DNA of 38,334 nucleotides from Chitinophagales bacterium (lineage in GTDB: Bacteria; Bacteroidota; Bacteroidia; Chitinophagales; LD1): positions 1 to 38,334 of the forward strand of contig JAVQWQ010000003.1 of the NCBI GenBank assembly GCA_033578915.1, given 5' to 3'. This document shows, piece by piece, positions 1 through 10,795 of the stretch (position 1 is the stretch's first letter; every line of letters begins with the position of its first letter). The translations under genes were made by a program, and so were the position numbers. The notes below the pieces were generated by a model. That model had not been told where the DNA came from. It ran no database searches and saw only the letters and a program-made list of their open reading frames with translations.

Positions 1-87
1 CCCGCGCGGCCGGGTCGTTTAGCTTGTCGAGGCGCCGCGGGGTCGCGGCCGCTTCGCTCCGCTAGCGCCCTCCGCATCCCTCACCCG
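1..87. repeat. GC-rich structured (REP/MITE-like) interspersed element, truncated at window edge
   Basis: 67/87 nt are G+C (77%) against AT-rich flanking DNA. Nested inverted repeats GAGGCGC(29-35)/GCGCCCTC(65-72) and GCGGGG(37-42)/CTCCGC(57-62), plus a GCGGCCGC palindrome. Only one copy is in the window, so repeat status is inferred. Confidence 0.5.
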
Positions 88-330
88 AAACTAGTCTTAA
101 ACTGCTTACATTCAATATCAGCTATGTTGATGTTTTTTTTAATTCTGTATTGCTACCCGAAAAGCCCTATTTTACAACTTTACTTTATATGTGGCGCTTC
201 CTTTAAATAATTAGGTTTGTCAAATGATTAAAATGATATTTGACGATTGAAACATTCGAAAAAGCGACTCTTAAAACAAATCAAACTTTTTTTTAACACG
301 CTCTGCAAACCAAAATCTGCTGCAATCTTT

Positions 331-1107
331 TCAGCAATCCAGCTTCCAGTTTTCATTGATGTAAGGGATGGCGTAGTGCGCGGTGAGGTCGTGTTGCACT
401 GGCACAATGCTCACGTAGCCGTTGGCCAGCGCCCACTCATCTGTATCTTGTCCCTTGTCGTGATTTACAAATTTTCCGGTGAGCCAGTAATAACTTCTGC
501 CAAACGGGTCTTTGCGCTCAATATATTCTTCCTCCCACTTTGCTACCGCCTGCCGGCATACTCTCATCCCTTTGATAAGCTCGAGCGGCAACTTAGGAAT
601 ATTCACATTTAGCAAAGACGATTTTGGTAAGCCGTTTTCTAGCACCTGCTTGGCAATCAAATAAGCAAAGTGTTTGGCAGCAGTAAAATCCGCTTCTATC
701 GAAGGGTCAAGCAGAGAAAAACCAATAGATGGAATATTTTCTAAGCTGGCTTCAACGGCTGCGCTCATAGTGCCGCTATAGATAATATTAATGGATGAGT
801 TAGAGCCGTGGTTAATACCGCTCACGCATAAATCGGGCTTGCGGGGCAGCACTTTATCGTTGGCCAGTTTTACGCAGTCCACCGGTGTGCCGGAGCAGGC
901 ATATGATTTCACATCTCCAAAGTCTTTCGTTTCAACAAGCCGAAGAGGTTTATTGATGGTGATAGCGTGTCCCATACCCGATTGGGGAGAATCGGGCGCC
1001 ACCACAACTACTTCACCTAAAGGCAACATGGCCTCTACCAGTGCTTTGAGGCCCGGGGCTGTAATACCATCATCATTTGTAGCTAAGATCAAAGGTTTGT
1101 CTGGCAT
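331..1107 (-). CDS. surE: 5'/3'-nucleotidase SurE
   Basis: Motifs TNDDGI.APG, VVAPDSPQSG, GTPVDCV, SGINHGSN and YSGTMSAA. Confidence 0.97.
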   Translation of the reverse strand: MPDKPLILATNDDGITAPGLKALVEAMLPLGEVVVVAPDSPQSGMGHAITINKPLRLVETKDFGDVKSYACSGTPVDCVKLANDKVLPRKPDLCVSGINHGSNSSINIIYSGTMSAAVEASLENIPSIGFSLLDPSIEADFTAAKHFAYLIAKQVLENGLPKSSLLNVNIPKLPLELIKGMRVCRQAVAKWEEEYIERKDPFGRSYYWLTGKFVNHDKGQDTDEWALANGYVSIVPVQHDLTAHYAIPYINENWKLDC

Positions 1108-1112
1108 AGCGG

Positions 1113-2903
1113 TTAATCATTAAGTTTAAGTACAGCAATAAAGGCCTCCTGCGGTACCTCAACCTTGCCAAATTGCCGCATGCGCTTCTTGCCTTTTTTC
1201 TGTTTCTCTAGTAGTTTTCTTTTGCGCGTGATGTCTCCGCCGTAGCATTTTGCGGTAACATCTTTCCTCAATGCAGAAATATTTTCGCGCGCTATTATCT
1301 TGGAGCCTATGGCTGCCTGTATAGGTATCATAAATTGTTGTCTAGGTATTATTTCTTTGAGCTTCTCGCACATGCGCCTGCCAAAGTCCTCGGCTTTTGA
1401 GCGATGAATCATCGCGCTGAAGGCATCTACCTGCTCACCATTCAGCAATATATCTAACTTGACAAGGTCTCCGGGGCGGTATCCGATTGGATGATAATCA
1501 AAAGATGCATATCCGCGCGATATAGATTTGAGCCGGTCGTAAAAGTCAAATACTATTTCTGCCAATGGCATTTCAAAGGTTAGTTCTACACGCTCTGGTG
1601 TGAGATAGTTTTGATTGATGAGTATGCCGCGCTTGTCCATGCAAAGTTTCATGATAGCTCCGATATATTCGGGTTTTGTAATAATCTGAGCTCTTATGTA
1701 TGGTTCTTCTATGCGCTCTATTCGCTGAACTTCAGGCATATCGGCAGGATTATTAATCACTACCTGATCTCCGTTTGTTAAGTAAGCAATGTAACTTACC
1801 TGCGGTACGGTTGTAATGATAGTCATGTCGAATTCGCGCTCGAGGCGCTCCTGAACTATTTCTAAGTGCAGGAGGCCTAAAAATCCGCACCTGAAGCCAA
1901 ATCCAAGGGCTACGGATGTTTCGGGTTCAAAGACCAGTGAGGCATCGTTGAGTTGTAATTTCTCCAGTGAGTCGCGCAGGTCTTCAAAGTCATCGTTGTC
2001 CATGGGATAAATACCTGCAAAAACCATGGGTTTTACATCCTCAAATCCATGTATCGGTTCCACGGCAGGATTGTCGGCAAGCGTGATCGTGTCGCCTACT
2101 TTTACCTCTTTGGCATTTTTTATTCCTGTAATTACATAGCCTACATCTCCCGTGGTTATTTCATCCCGTGGTTCGAGGTTCATTCGCAGGATGCCAACTT
2201 CATCCGCCTGATACACCTTGCCGGTGTTCATGAATTTTATCTTGTCGTTTTTTTTCAGTTTGCCGTCAACTATGCGGTAATAGGCAATAACTCCCCTGAA
2301 TGAGTTGAACACACTGTCGAAAATCAAAGCCCTAAGCGGCTGGTCTTCTCTGCCCTTAGGTGGTGGTATTCGATCAATGATTGCATCAAATATTTGGTCT
2401 ACGCCTTGTCCGGTTCTGCCACTGGCACGTATGATTTCTTCGCGCTTGCATCCGATAAGGCCAATCATTTGATCCTCTACTTCTTCGGGCATAGCTCCGG
2501 GCATATCTATTTTATTAACAACAGGAATAATGGTAAGACCTTGTTCTACTGCAAGATAAAGATTGGAAATCGTTTGTGCCTGTATGCCCTGAGATGCATC
2601 TACCAGCAGCAGGGCTCCCTCGCAGGCTGCCAGTGCTCTCGAAACTTCGTAACTGAAATCCACATGTCCGGGCGTGTCAATCAGGTTTAAAATATATTGT
2701 TCACCGTTACGGGTGTAATTCATTTGTATAGCATGGCTTTTAATAGTAATACCGCGCTCTCTTTCCAAATCCATATTGTCGAGCACAGTATCCATCATTT
2801 CGCGTTCGCTGATCGCTTTGGTTGTTTCAATCAGCCGGTCGGCCAAGGTGCTTTTGCCATGATCTATGTGCGCAATGATGCAAAAGTTTCTAATGTTCTT
2901 CAT
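1113..2903 (-). CDS. lepA: Translation elongation factor 4 (LepA)
   Basis: [35 protein letters not shown] and C-terminal [21 protein letters not shown] at 2903 preferred over GTG at 2909. Confidence 0.99.
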   Translation of the reverse strand: MKNIRNFCIIAHIDHGKSTLADRLIETTKAISEREMMDTVLDNMDLERERGITIKSHAIQMNYTRNGEQYILNLIDTPGHVDFSYEVSRALAACEGALLLVDASQGIQAQTISNLYLAVEQGLTIIPVVNKIDMPGAMPEEVEDQMIGLIGCKREEIIRASGRTGQGVDQIFDAIIDRIPPPKGREDQPLRALIFDSVFNSFRGVIAYYRIVDGKLKKNDKIKFMNTGKVYQADEVGILRMNLEPRDEITTGDVGYVITGIKNAKEVKVGDTITLADNPAVEPIHGFEDVKPMVFAGIYPMDNDDFEDLRDSLEKLQLNDASLVFEPETSVALGFGFRCGFLGLLHLEIVQERLEREFDMTIITTVPQVSYIAYLTNGDQVVINNPADMPEVQRIERIEEPYIRAQIITKPEYIGAIMKLCMDKRGILINQNYLTPERVELTFEMPLAEIVFDFYDRLKSISRGYASFDYHPIGYRPGDLVKLDILLNGEQVDAFSAMIHRSKAEDFGRRMCEKLKEIIPRQQFMIPIQAAIGSKIIARENISALRKDVTAKCYGGDITRKRKLLEKQKKGKKRMRQFGKVEVPQEAFIAVLKLND

Positions 2904-2988
2904 AAACACTGCACTTTTATTTTATATCTACAATCTCTTTTAAGATTTCATATCAGTCTTATAGTTAAACAAATAATTAATCTGATGT

Positions 2989-4200
2989 TTAATTGAGTTT
3001 GAAAATAGCTTCTACGATGCGCCTGCATGCTTCTGTAAGTTTTTCCTCGCTTGCAGCATAGGACAGCCGAATGCAGTTTTTGTCTCCAAAAGCTTCTCCA
3101 CTCACGGTTGCCACCCTTGCTTCCTGCAACAAAAACATAGATACGTCTTCGGGAGTTTGAATAGTATGTCCGTTGTATTCACTCCCAAATAAACCACTTA
3201 CATCGGGGAAGAAGTAAAAAGCTCCATCAGGCAGATTCAGCTTCAGGCCTGATATGTTTTTCAGATAATCATAAACTAAGTCCCTTCTTTTTCTAAAGGC
3301 TTTAACCATTTCAAGAGAAGGTTCAAGAGGCCCTGAAGCGGCAGCCTCAGCAGCTTTTTGCGCTATGGAACAGGTGGCCGATGTAAATTGGCCTTGAATT
3401 TTATCGCAGGCCTTAGCAATTGTTTTTGGCGCTGCGATATATCCAAGGCGCCATCCGGTCATAGCGTAGCCTTTACTAAATCCGTTTACCAACACTACTC
3501 TTTCTCTAAGCGATGTAATGGAAGCAATGCTCGCATGTGGTTTGCCGGTGTAATTGATGTATTCATATATCTCGTCAGATAATATATATACCTGAGGATG
3601 ACGTTCCAACACCTCTGCCAACGCAGCCAACTCATCTTGTGAGTAAACAGTGCCTGTGGGATTACACGGTGAAGAATATATTATTAGACGAGTGCGAGGC
3701 GTAATCGCTTGCTCTAATTGCTCCGGTGAAATTTTAAAATGTGTGTCAATTGTAGTAGGCAATTCGACAGGAATACCCTCGGCAAGCTGTGTGATAGCTG
3801 CGTAGGTTACCCAGTAAGGAGCCGGCAGCAACACTTCATCGCCCGGGTTAACAATACATAATACTGCATTAGCGATAGATTGTTTAGCGCCTGTGGATAC
3901 AACAATTTGTTCAGGGGAGTAATGTAACCCGTTGTCGCGCAGCAGTTTGTCAGCTATAGCTTTGCGGAGTTCGGCGTAACCTGCCACAGGAGTATAATGA
4001 GAAAAGTTGTCGTCAATAGCTTTTTTTGCAGCTTCTTTGATGTGAGAAGGGGTATCGAAATCAGGCTCTCCTAAACTCAAATCAATAATGTCTATGCCTT
4101 TTGATTTAAGCTCGCGGCTCAATTGAGCCATACGAATAGTTGCTGATTCCTGCAGATTCAAAATTCGTTGAGACAACACCGAAATAACATCACTATGCAT
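2989..4200 (-). CDS. aspC: PLP-dependent class I/II aminotransferase (aspartate aminotransferase)
   Basis: GEPDFDTP, SPCNPTG, SDEIYE and PLP-lysine motif GFSKGYAMTGWRLGY. ATG at 4200 lies downstream of a TATTTTCG -7-like box (4220-4227, minus strand). Confidence 0.92.
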   Translation of the reverse strand: MHSDVISVLSQRILNLQESATIRMAQLSRELKSKGIDIIDLSLGEPDFDTPSHIKEAAKKAIDDNFSHYTPVAGYAELRKAIADKLLRDNGLHYSPEQIVVSTGAKQSIANAVLCIVNPGDEVLLPAPYWVTYAAITQLAEGIPVELPTTIDTHFKISPEQLEQAITPRTRLIIYSSPCNPTGTVYSQDELAALAEVLERHPQVYILSDEIYEYINYTGKPHASIASITSLRERVVLVNGFSKGYAMTGWRLGYIAAPKTIAKACDKIQGQFTSATCSIAQKAAEAAASGPLEPSLEMVKAFRKRRDLVYDYLKNISGLKLNLPDGAFYFFPDVSGLFGSEYNGHTIQTPEDVSMFLLQEARVATVSGEAFGDKNCIRLSYAASEEKLTEACRRIVEAIFKLN

Positions 4201-4563
4201 TACAAATTTTTTTCGTGTGCGAAAATACGCCAAATCCGCTCATTTCTACTATTTGTTCCGATAACATTATACACATGTTGATTAGTCAACTCAAAATGTT
4301 TTGCAAGAATCACTCAATGCTATCACAAAAACTTATTTAGTTAACACAAATTTGAAACTCAATGGTTTTATTGATTTCTGTGCCCAATTGTGTTGCGATA
4401 ATCAATTAGCCATTTATACATAACTACAAATTCTCGAGAAAATTTTTCATGCAAAGAACAAAATCTGTAAATATTGAAATTGATTATCGATGTGTATTGT
4501 TAGTTACTTCATAAAAAATTGATTGTGAAACATATTATACTAAAATTATTATTTATTAAATAA

Positions 4564-4598
4564 TTTGCTAACAGATTATATTTAAATGGTTACTTTTG
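4564..4598 (+). promoter_or_regulatory. Bacteroidota sigma-A type promoter for the T9SS cargo locus
   Basis: TACTTTTG (-7 consensus TAnnTTTG) at 4591-4598, with TTTG at 4564-4567 (spacing slightly long). It ends 29 nt before ATG 4628. Confidence 0.6.
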
Positions 4599-4627
4599 CA
4601 GGTTGTCATAGATAATTAATATATTAT

Positions 4628-5002
4628 ATGCTAAAACGACTTTTTATAACAATTGTAGTGTTTGCATGTTTTGCAAATGTGATTGCGCAAGTCAATACTG
4701 CTATGGAAGTTAATGTTCACAAAATTTCACTTCCAAAATCAACTAAAATTTCTTCCGGTGAGCTTTACAAAATATTTTATCCCGACATAAATATTTTCCA
4801 TGTAGAAATAAACGAAAAAAATAATCAAATCAAAATTATTTCCCGACCACAGGTCAGTAGAGAAAACATAGAAGCAAACCTGAAAAAAAATAAAGTGAAT
4901 TTTTCTGCCCTCCAAAGCGAAAAAATTATTATGGAAGCATACGAGGTAGAGCAGAAGGCACTTGAACGCAACAGGCAAAAACAGATATTAAACATTAAAT
5001 AA
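4628..5002 (+). CDS. Small secreted hypothetical protein (possible HMA/ferredoxin-like fold without CxxC)
   Basis: 124-aa ORF with a signal peptide ending NVIA-Q. First gene after the promoter, 19 nt before the large T9SS cargo gene. Confidence 0.75.
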   Translation: MLKRLFITIVVFACFANVIAQVNTAMEVNVHKISLPKSTKISSGELYKIFYPDINIFHVEINEKNNQIKIISRPQVSRENIEANLKKNKVNFSALQSEKIIMEAYEVEQKALERNRQKQILNIK

Positions 5003-5021
5003 CCTTGAATTTTGTATTGAT

Positions 5022-8000
5022 ATGAGAAGAATCTACACTTTATTGTTATCTATCATTTATGTTTCATCTTTTGGTCAAATAAATTGTCCAAATTTTGGTG
5101 GTTTTAATACTATTATTTTTAACGGCTGTACTCCGCTACCATACAACTATTCAACTGTCGTTAATGCACCAACTGTAACTCCATTAGTAGATGCGCTATC
5201 TAACGCACCAAATTGTGTAGCCTCTATCGAGAACAACCAGTTTTTCGCTTTTCAGGCTACGGCAACGACAATGTCGTTTACTATCAACCCCGGAACGGTT
5301 ACCGGTGGATTACAAGCGTGGATTTTCAGCACTGCAGATTGCATTAATCCAACTATCTTAGCATGTAACAGTTCCGGTTTTACTACGCCCATCACACTTA
5401 CTTCAAACCAGTTTGTTCCCGGGCAGATTTATTATATAATGATTGACGGCTATGCCGGAGCAACAGGCAACTATTCATTTTCTAATATCACTCCTGCTCC
5501 GGGTAGCGGAGGCCAAACAGGTAGCACCTTCCCGCTATCTTTTGTAATTGACTCTGCTTCTTGCGGTTTGGCAGACGGAAAGCTTACCATAAACGCCTCT
5601 AATGCCACGCCCCCATATTCATATTCAATTAATGGGAGTCCGTTTCAGTCTAGTAATACCTTTACAGGTCTTGCAGGAGGAACATATTCTGTGTTAGTTA
5701 GAGACAACAACAACTGTACATCTACTGCAACTGTAACTATTCCCAATCGCGAAACACGGCTACCAGGAGATGTAACTTATTGTGCAAGTGCCGGTCCGAT
5801 AACTATTACGGCTGTAGGAGGAACACAATTCAGTTGGAGGCCTACAACAGGAATTATCAGCGCTTCGCCAGACAGTTCTACCATTGTTGTTGCTCCGACT
5901 CAAACAACTGAATATATTGTAAATAGTAATATTCCCTCTGCACAATGCAAATCTTCAGACACTATCAAGGTTACTGTTGCTAACAGTTTTAACCTTAGTA
6001 TAACAGCTTCTAAAACTTCAATCTGCTTAAATGAAAGTTCAACATTAACTGCGTTGGCAACTCCACCGTCTGAAGGCCCTTACACTTTTTCATGGACACC
6101 TGTCGCTACCGTTTCTAATCCAAGCACGGGTACTACTATTGCAAGGCCCACTACTACAACAACATACAAGGCAACGGTAATTTCTAAAGATGGATGTAAA
6201 CTTAGCGATAGCATTACGATTAATGTACAGGGATTTGGGCCAAAGGTAAGAGTTACGCCCAGCGACAACTATGTTTGCCCTGGAAAAACAGTTCAGTTAA
6301 ATTCTGAAATTATCCCGATTCAAACGGGGCCAAGTCAAGATCCAGCCAACGCATGTCCAAATTGTACATTCCCATTTCCTTATCCACAGGTTGGAACGTC
6401 CACTACTTCCACTTCATCTGTTCCCACTCCCTTTCGTTCATTCTGGCATGATGGCCGTGTTCAATATCTCTATTTAGCTAGTGAATTGTTGAGTGCAGGA
6501 ATGCGTCCGGGCGTAATCACAGATATTCAATTTTTTGTTACTACGAAAGGGAGCGGCAACAATCCCTTCAACGGACTCACAGTTAAAATGGGCGGGACAA
6601 ATCTCACTCAACAACCTGCAAATACTTTTGTAACACAGAATATGTTTGTGGTACATACAAGCAACTACACAACAACCGCAAACTCCTGGAATACGATAAC
6701 ACTAGATGTCCCATTTAACTGGGATGGGCAATCCAATCTTATCATTGAAGTTTGCTATGATAATTCTTCTTTCACCAACTGGGACTATGTACAATACAGT
6801 ACAGCCTTTACCCGTGCCACTCATTATGCCGATCGAGACAATGCAGTTGGCTGTACGCTTGCATGGGAGGCATCTTCTAATTTGAGGCCTAACATCAGGT
6901 TTGTTTATGGTGAGTTGCCTACTTCTAACCTTTCGCTTCAATGGACACCTCCGCTATGGCTAAGCAGCGATACGGCAGCCAACCCTTTTGCTACCATCAA
7001 TGGAAATATTGCCTACACCCTTACAGTTTTTGACGGAAATTGCTATGGAGACACTACAATTCAGATGTTTGTTGATACTGCTGTAGCAATACAAGCCATT
7101 GATGATTACACTGTTTGTAGAAATAACCAGGCCGTTCTTACGGCTAAAGTGTTGAACAAAGTTCAGCCTACCTGCTCTCCGAGTTATACTGTCGCTCCGA
7201 TTCCTTTTGCTCCATTAACTTCTTCCAATAAAACACCGGTGCCTTTTTCAACAGCTACCAATAATAATAACCGAAACGCAACGATTAACCTGCCATTTTC
7301 TTTTAAATTTCATTGTACAGACTATAACAGCATTGTAGTAAATGAAAATGGCTTTATTACTTTTAATACTAACTTTAATGGCAGCGGAGCAACTCCAACT
7401 GCACTACCCAACACCGGTAATCCAAACAATACGGTAGCAGGGCTTTGGTTAGACCTTAACGCAAATCCAAACGGAGGCGGTAACGGTACTATATCCTATT
7501 TTGTTGATGGAAGTTTCCCATACAGAAAACTGGTGATTGAATGGAACAATGTACTTGCACAAGGACAAGGCAATAATGTTAGTTTCCAAATAATACTGTT
7601 TGAGACAACAAATGTAATTGAAGTCCACCTCTCTCCATTTAGCAACATAGGAGGAAACAAAACTATCGGTGTAGAAAACTCAGGGGGTACGGCAGGCATA
7701 GCGCCAGCAGGCAGAAATGGTTCTAATTTTACTTTAAGTAATGCAGAGGCGTGGAGATTTAATCCAAACATAGCCGGAGCAGGTTTTGTAACGTTCCAAT
7801 GGAGTCCATCTTCTGCTGTGAGCGCTGAATTTGGCGATACCGTCTTTGCCTCTCCTTCTAATAAAACAAAGTATTATGTTTCTGCACTTTTCTCCAATGG
7901 CTGTGTCACCCGCGATTCAGTTGAAATTGATGTAAAGGATTTTCCATATACTCTTAGCGTAGTAAAGGATACCATTTGTCCCGGGCAGAGTTCTACATTA

Positions 8001-9611
8001 ACTTTTAACGGTGCTGCAACAACTATATCTTGGCAGCCCGCAGCTACGCTCTCTTCTCCAACGAGCACCGTTACTACGGCAACCCCGCCTGCCCCTACTA
8101 CTTATTATGTAAATGCAACCAATGCAGACGGATGTACCATAAGTGATTCAATTAAAGTGTTTGTAAAATTGAGCGGTGCGGTGTCTATCGGTAAAGACAC
8201 TAACATTTGTTACTATGATTCACTGCGACTCACCCCAAGCGGGTCAGGTTATGTTAGTTATCTATGGCAGCCGGGCGGACAGACAACCCCTTCTATTACA
8301 GTCAATAAACCAGGCGAGTACTATGTTACTCTGAATGATGGCTTATGTTCATTTAATTCAAATACTATTAATGTTGATGTAATATTGCCTGTTCTTCTTA
8401 AGGCCTTTAGTGATACTACGCTGTGTTCAGGACAATCGGCAATTATTAGGGCTGAAAATGGATATTCCAACTACATATGGAATACAGGTGCGCAAACAAA
8501 CACTATTACTGTTAGTAACGCTGGTTTGTATTACTATTCAGCTAATGATGCAGACGGTTGCCGTCAGTTTTCAGATACAGCAGAGGTTAAAATAACCATT
8601 CCTCCAACAATTACACTAACAGCCACTCCCCAAAGAATATGCCCAGATAAAGAAGCTACACTGAATGCCGGCAGTTTGCCTGGAATAGCTTACGAATGGA
8701 ATAAACCAAACGATAATAATACATATACCGGTAATACAATCACCGCTGTTGTTCCCGGCAGATATAGAGTTACAGCCAGCGATAATGGATGTAAATCTAC
8801 AGACTCAATAGAAGTGCTTGGCGCCAATAATCCAATTGCAAATATTGGTGACGATATAAATATATGTGCCTGCGATACTTCGATTGTACTCAATAGTGGC
8901 AGTAGCGATCCCGACGACACTTATTTATGGAGCAATAATGCCCAAACTTCTATAATTAATGTATCATCTTCAGGAAACAATTTCGTTACTGTAACTTCTC
9001 AGTTTGGATGCAAAGCCACCGACAGTGTAGAAGTAAATATCCGCTGCCTCAAGGGCGTGGCAAGAGCTGACAAACATGAACTAATCAAGGGGCAATCTAC
9101 AAATGTATTTGCTGATAGTATAAGTTATTCAGGCCAATTTGAATATACATGGATTCCTGCAAGCTTCTTAAACGATCCTGCCGCTTCCTCCACTTCTACG
9201 ACCCCAGATTCCACGATTGTCTATCTCTTGAAAATTAAAGATATCGTTAATGGCTGCGAAACATCCGACACAGTAAAAATAAAGGTGGTGCTTGCCGGCA
9301 CATACACTTTTCCCTCCGCGTTCTCTCCAAATCGCGATGGGATTAATGACCGCTTTGCTCCATATTTACCCATAGGTTCATCAGCAAAATTTCCATTTGT
9401 GCGTGTGTATAACCGATGGGGACAATTAGTCTATGAATGCCTAGATTGTGATTTTACTCAGCCTGGCACCGGTTGGGATGGCACTTATGATGGCCAGGAG
9501 CAGCCTGCAGGCGTATATCATTTTGTTGCTGAGGTGAGGTACCCAAATATCAATAACCCCAACCTTACAGATTCGAAAATTATCTCAAACCCGCTCACCT
9601 TAATTAAATAA
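5022..9611 (+). CDS. T9SS type B sorting-domain (gliding motility-associated C-terminal domain) surface protein with SprB repeat, Ig/PKD-like repeats and a nidogen-like segment
   Basis: Signal peptide; SprB-type repeat ASCGLADGKLTINASNATPPYSYSING...GTYSVLVRDNNNC; repeated Y.W...Y.VT..DGC...DSI.V units; C-terminal FPSAFSPNRDGINDRF...VYNRWGQLVY...GWDGT...PAGVY. Confidence 0.93.
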   Translation: MRRIYTLLLSIIYVSSFGQINCPNFGGFNTIIFNGCTPLPYNYSTVVNAPTVTPLVDALSNAPNCVASIENNQFFAFQATATTMSFTINPGTVTGGLQAWIFSTADCINPTILACNSSGFTTPITLTSNQFVPGQIYYIMIDGYAGATGNYSFSNITPAPGSGGQTGSTFPLSFVIDSASCGLADGKLTINASNATPPYSYSINGSPFQSSNTFTGLAGGTYSVLVRDNNNCTSTATVTIPNRETRLPGDVTYCASAGPITITAVGGTQFSWRPTTGIISASPDSSTIVVAPTQTTEYIVNSNIPSAQCKSSDTIKVTVANSFNLSITASKTSICLNESSTLTALATPPSEGPYTFSWTPVATVSNPSTGTTIARPTTTTTYKATVISKDGCKLSDSITINVQGFGPKVRVTPSDNYVCPGKTVQLNSEIIPIQTGPSQDPANACPNCTFPFPYPQVGTSTTSTSSVPTPFRSFWHDGRVQYLYLASELLSAGMRPGVITDIQFFVTTKGSGNNPFNGLTVKMGGTNLTQQPANTFVTQNMFVVHTSNYTTTANSWNTITLDVPFNWDGQSNLIIEVCYDNSSFTNWDYVQYSTAFTRATHYADRDNAVGCTLAWEASSNLRPNIRFVYGELPTSNLSLQWTPPLWLSSDTAANPFATINGNIAYTLTVFDGNCYGDTTIQMFVDTAVAIQAIDDYTVCRNNQAVLTAKVLNKVQPTCSPSYTVAPIPFAPLTSSNKTPVPFSTATNNNNRNATINLPFSFKFHCTDYNSIVVNENGFITFNTNFNGSGATPTALPNTGNPNNTVAGLWLDLNANPNGGGNGTISYFVDGSFPYRKLVIEWNNVLAQGQGNNVSFQIILFETTNVIEVHLSPFSNIGGNKTIGVENSGGTAGIAPAGRNGSNFTLSNAEAWRFNPNIAGAGFVTFQWSPSSAVSAEFGDTVFASPSNKTKYYVSALFSNGCVTRDSVEIDVKDFPYTLSVVKDTICPGQSSTLTFNGAATTISWQPAATLSSPTSTVTTATPPAPTTYYVNATNADGCTISDSIKVFVKLSGAVSIGKDTNICYYDSLRLTPSGSGYVSYLWQPGGQTTPSITVNKPGEYYVTLNDGLCSFNSNTINVDVILPVLLKAFSDTTLCSGQSAIIRAENGYSNYIWNTGAQTNTITVSNAGLYYYSANDADGCRQFSDTAEVKITIPPTITLTATPQRICPDKEATLNAGSLPGIAYEWNKPNDNNTYTGNTITAVVPGRYRVTASDNGCKSTDSIEVLGANNPIANIGDDINICACDTSIVLNSGSSDPDDTYLWSNNAQTSIINVSSSGNNFVTVTSQFGCKATDSVEVNIRCLKGVARADKHELIKGQSTNVFADSISYSGQFEYTWIPASFLNDPAASSTSTTPDSTIVYLLKIKDIVNGCETSDTVKIKVVLAGTYTFPSAFSPNRDGINDRFAPYLPIGSSAKFPFVRVYNRWGQLVYECLDCDFTQPGTGWDGTYDGQEQPAGVYHFVAEVRYPNINNPNLTDSKIISNPLTLIK

Positions 9612-9676
9612 ATAATTGAAGAATAAAAAATTATCCCTATTATAGCGGCTTCAAAATTTTATTAAACATCGAACAA

Positions 9677-10753
9677 ATGAGTAGAAAGTTATTTTTCTTC
9701 CTTCTGTTTTTATGCTCTTTAAAAAGCTTTTCGCAGGATATACATTTCTCTCAGTTTTACGCAGCACCATTAACGCTTAATCCGGCTACAACCGGTGATT
9801 TTGATGGTCTGTTTCGCGTCACCGGCATTTATCGTAATCAATGGTTGGGAGTGGCTAATGTCCGGCCTTTCTTTTCAACCCCTCATGTAGCGGTAGATTT
9901 TTCTTTGCTCGGCGAGAAGTTTGAGGGCACAAAAATAGAGGGTAGTAAGCTAGGTGTTGGCCTGCATTTTACCAACGACCAACAAAATGAAAATACATTT
10001 AATACCAATCAGTTCATGGCCAGCTTAGCATGGCAACAAGCACTTGCAAAAAATAAAATTAACATTGGTATAGGCTTGCAAGGAGGAATTTATCTCAAAA
10101 ACTTAAATTCAGGCAACTTTCAGTTTGGTTCAGGCTTTTTACCTGATCTGACCTATGATAAAAGTATAGAAAATGAAAACATTAGCGCAAACAATCTCAC
10201 CCGTTTTAACCTCAATGCAGGTTTGAATGTTGGCCTCAGGCTTATTAAAAATATGAGCTACGCAATGGGTTTTTCAGCCATGAATCTAACAAGACCCGCT
10301 GAGCAGTATCTAAATAACAGCGAAGATGTTAGATTACCCATGCGCTTTCAGTTGCATGGTGGTTTTCAATTTGATATCAAGCGTTTGGTGCTTTTGCCAG
10401 GTTATCTCTTCCAAACACAGGCCAAAGCACATGAAGGCACCTTTGGGCTAACAGCTGGTATTCATTTCATCAATAAGCCGGAAGACAAAGCTACTCTGTT
10501 TTTAGGCTTATGGAGCAGGCTCAACACCGGTACACAAAATGTGCTCACTTCTGCTATCATACCCAAGGCAGGTATTGAATTTAAAAGGCTACGCTTAGGT
10601 TTTGCCTACGATGTAGGAATTGGCCCTATCCGCAGAGATGTGCGTGAGTCAGGCGTTGGCAGAGCTCCCAATGCCTTCGAGCTTTCTCTCGCTTACATAT
10701 TTAAACCAATTATTCCAAAAGAATATAATTGGTTATTTAACCCAAGATTTTAA
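9677..10753 (+). CDS. PorP/SprF family T9SS membrane protein
   Basis: N-terminal signature QDIHFSQFYAAPLTLNPATTG, YRNQW, and C-terminal NPRF. Directly follows a type-B CTD gene. Confidence 0.95.
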   Translation: MSRKLFFFLLFLCSLKSFSQDIHFSQFYAAPLTLNPATTGDFDGLFRVTGIYRNQWLGVANVRPFFSTPHVAVDFSLLGEKFEGTKIEGSKLGVGLHFTNDQQNENTFNTNQFMASLAWQQALAKNKINIGIGLQGGIYLKNLNSGNFQFGSGFLPDLTYDKSIENENISANNLTRFNLNAGLNVGLRLIKNMSYAMGFSAMNLTRPAEQYLNNSEDVRLPMRFQLHGGFQFDIKRLVLLPGYLFQTQAKAHEGTFGLTAGIHFINKPEDKATLFLGLWSRLNTGTQNVLTSAIIPKAGIEFKRLRLGFAYDVGIGPIRRDVRESGVGRAPNAFELSLAYIFKPIIPKEYNWLFNPRF

Positions 10754-10795
10754 TTACCAAATTTTACTAACCAAAAAAGAAAAACCAAATCTGAC

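Noticed and set aside
247-612. Plus-strand 121-aa ORF and the many other short ORFs antisense to or nested in long genes
   Set aside because: Shadow ORFs overlapping well-supported genes, with no recognisable motifs.
4234-4627. Long AT-rich intergenic region as CRISPR array, origin or ncRNA
   Set aside because: No direct-repeat/spacer pattern, DnaA-box cluster or stable hairpin was seen. It is consistent with a divergent promoter region.
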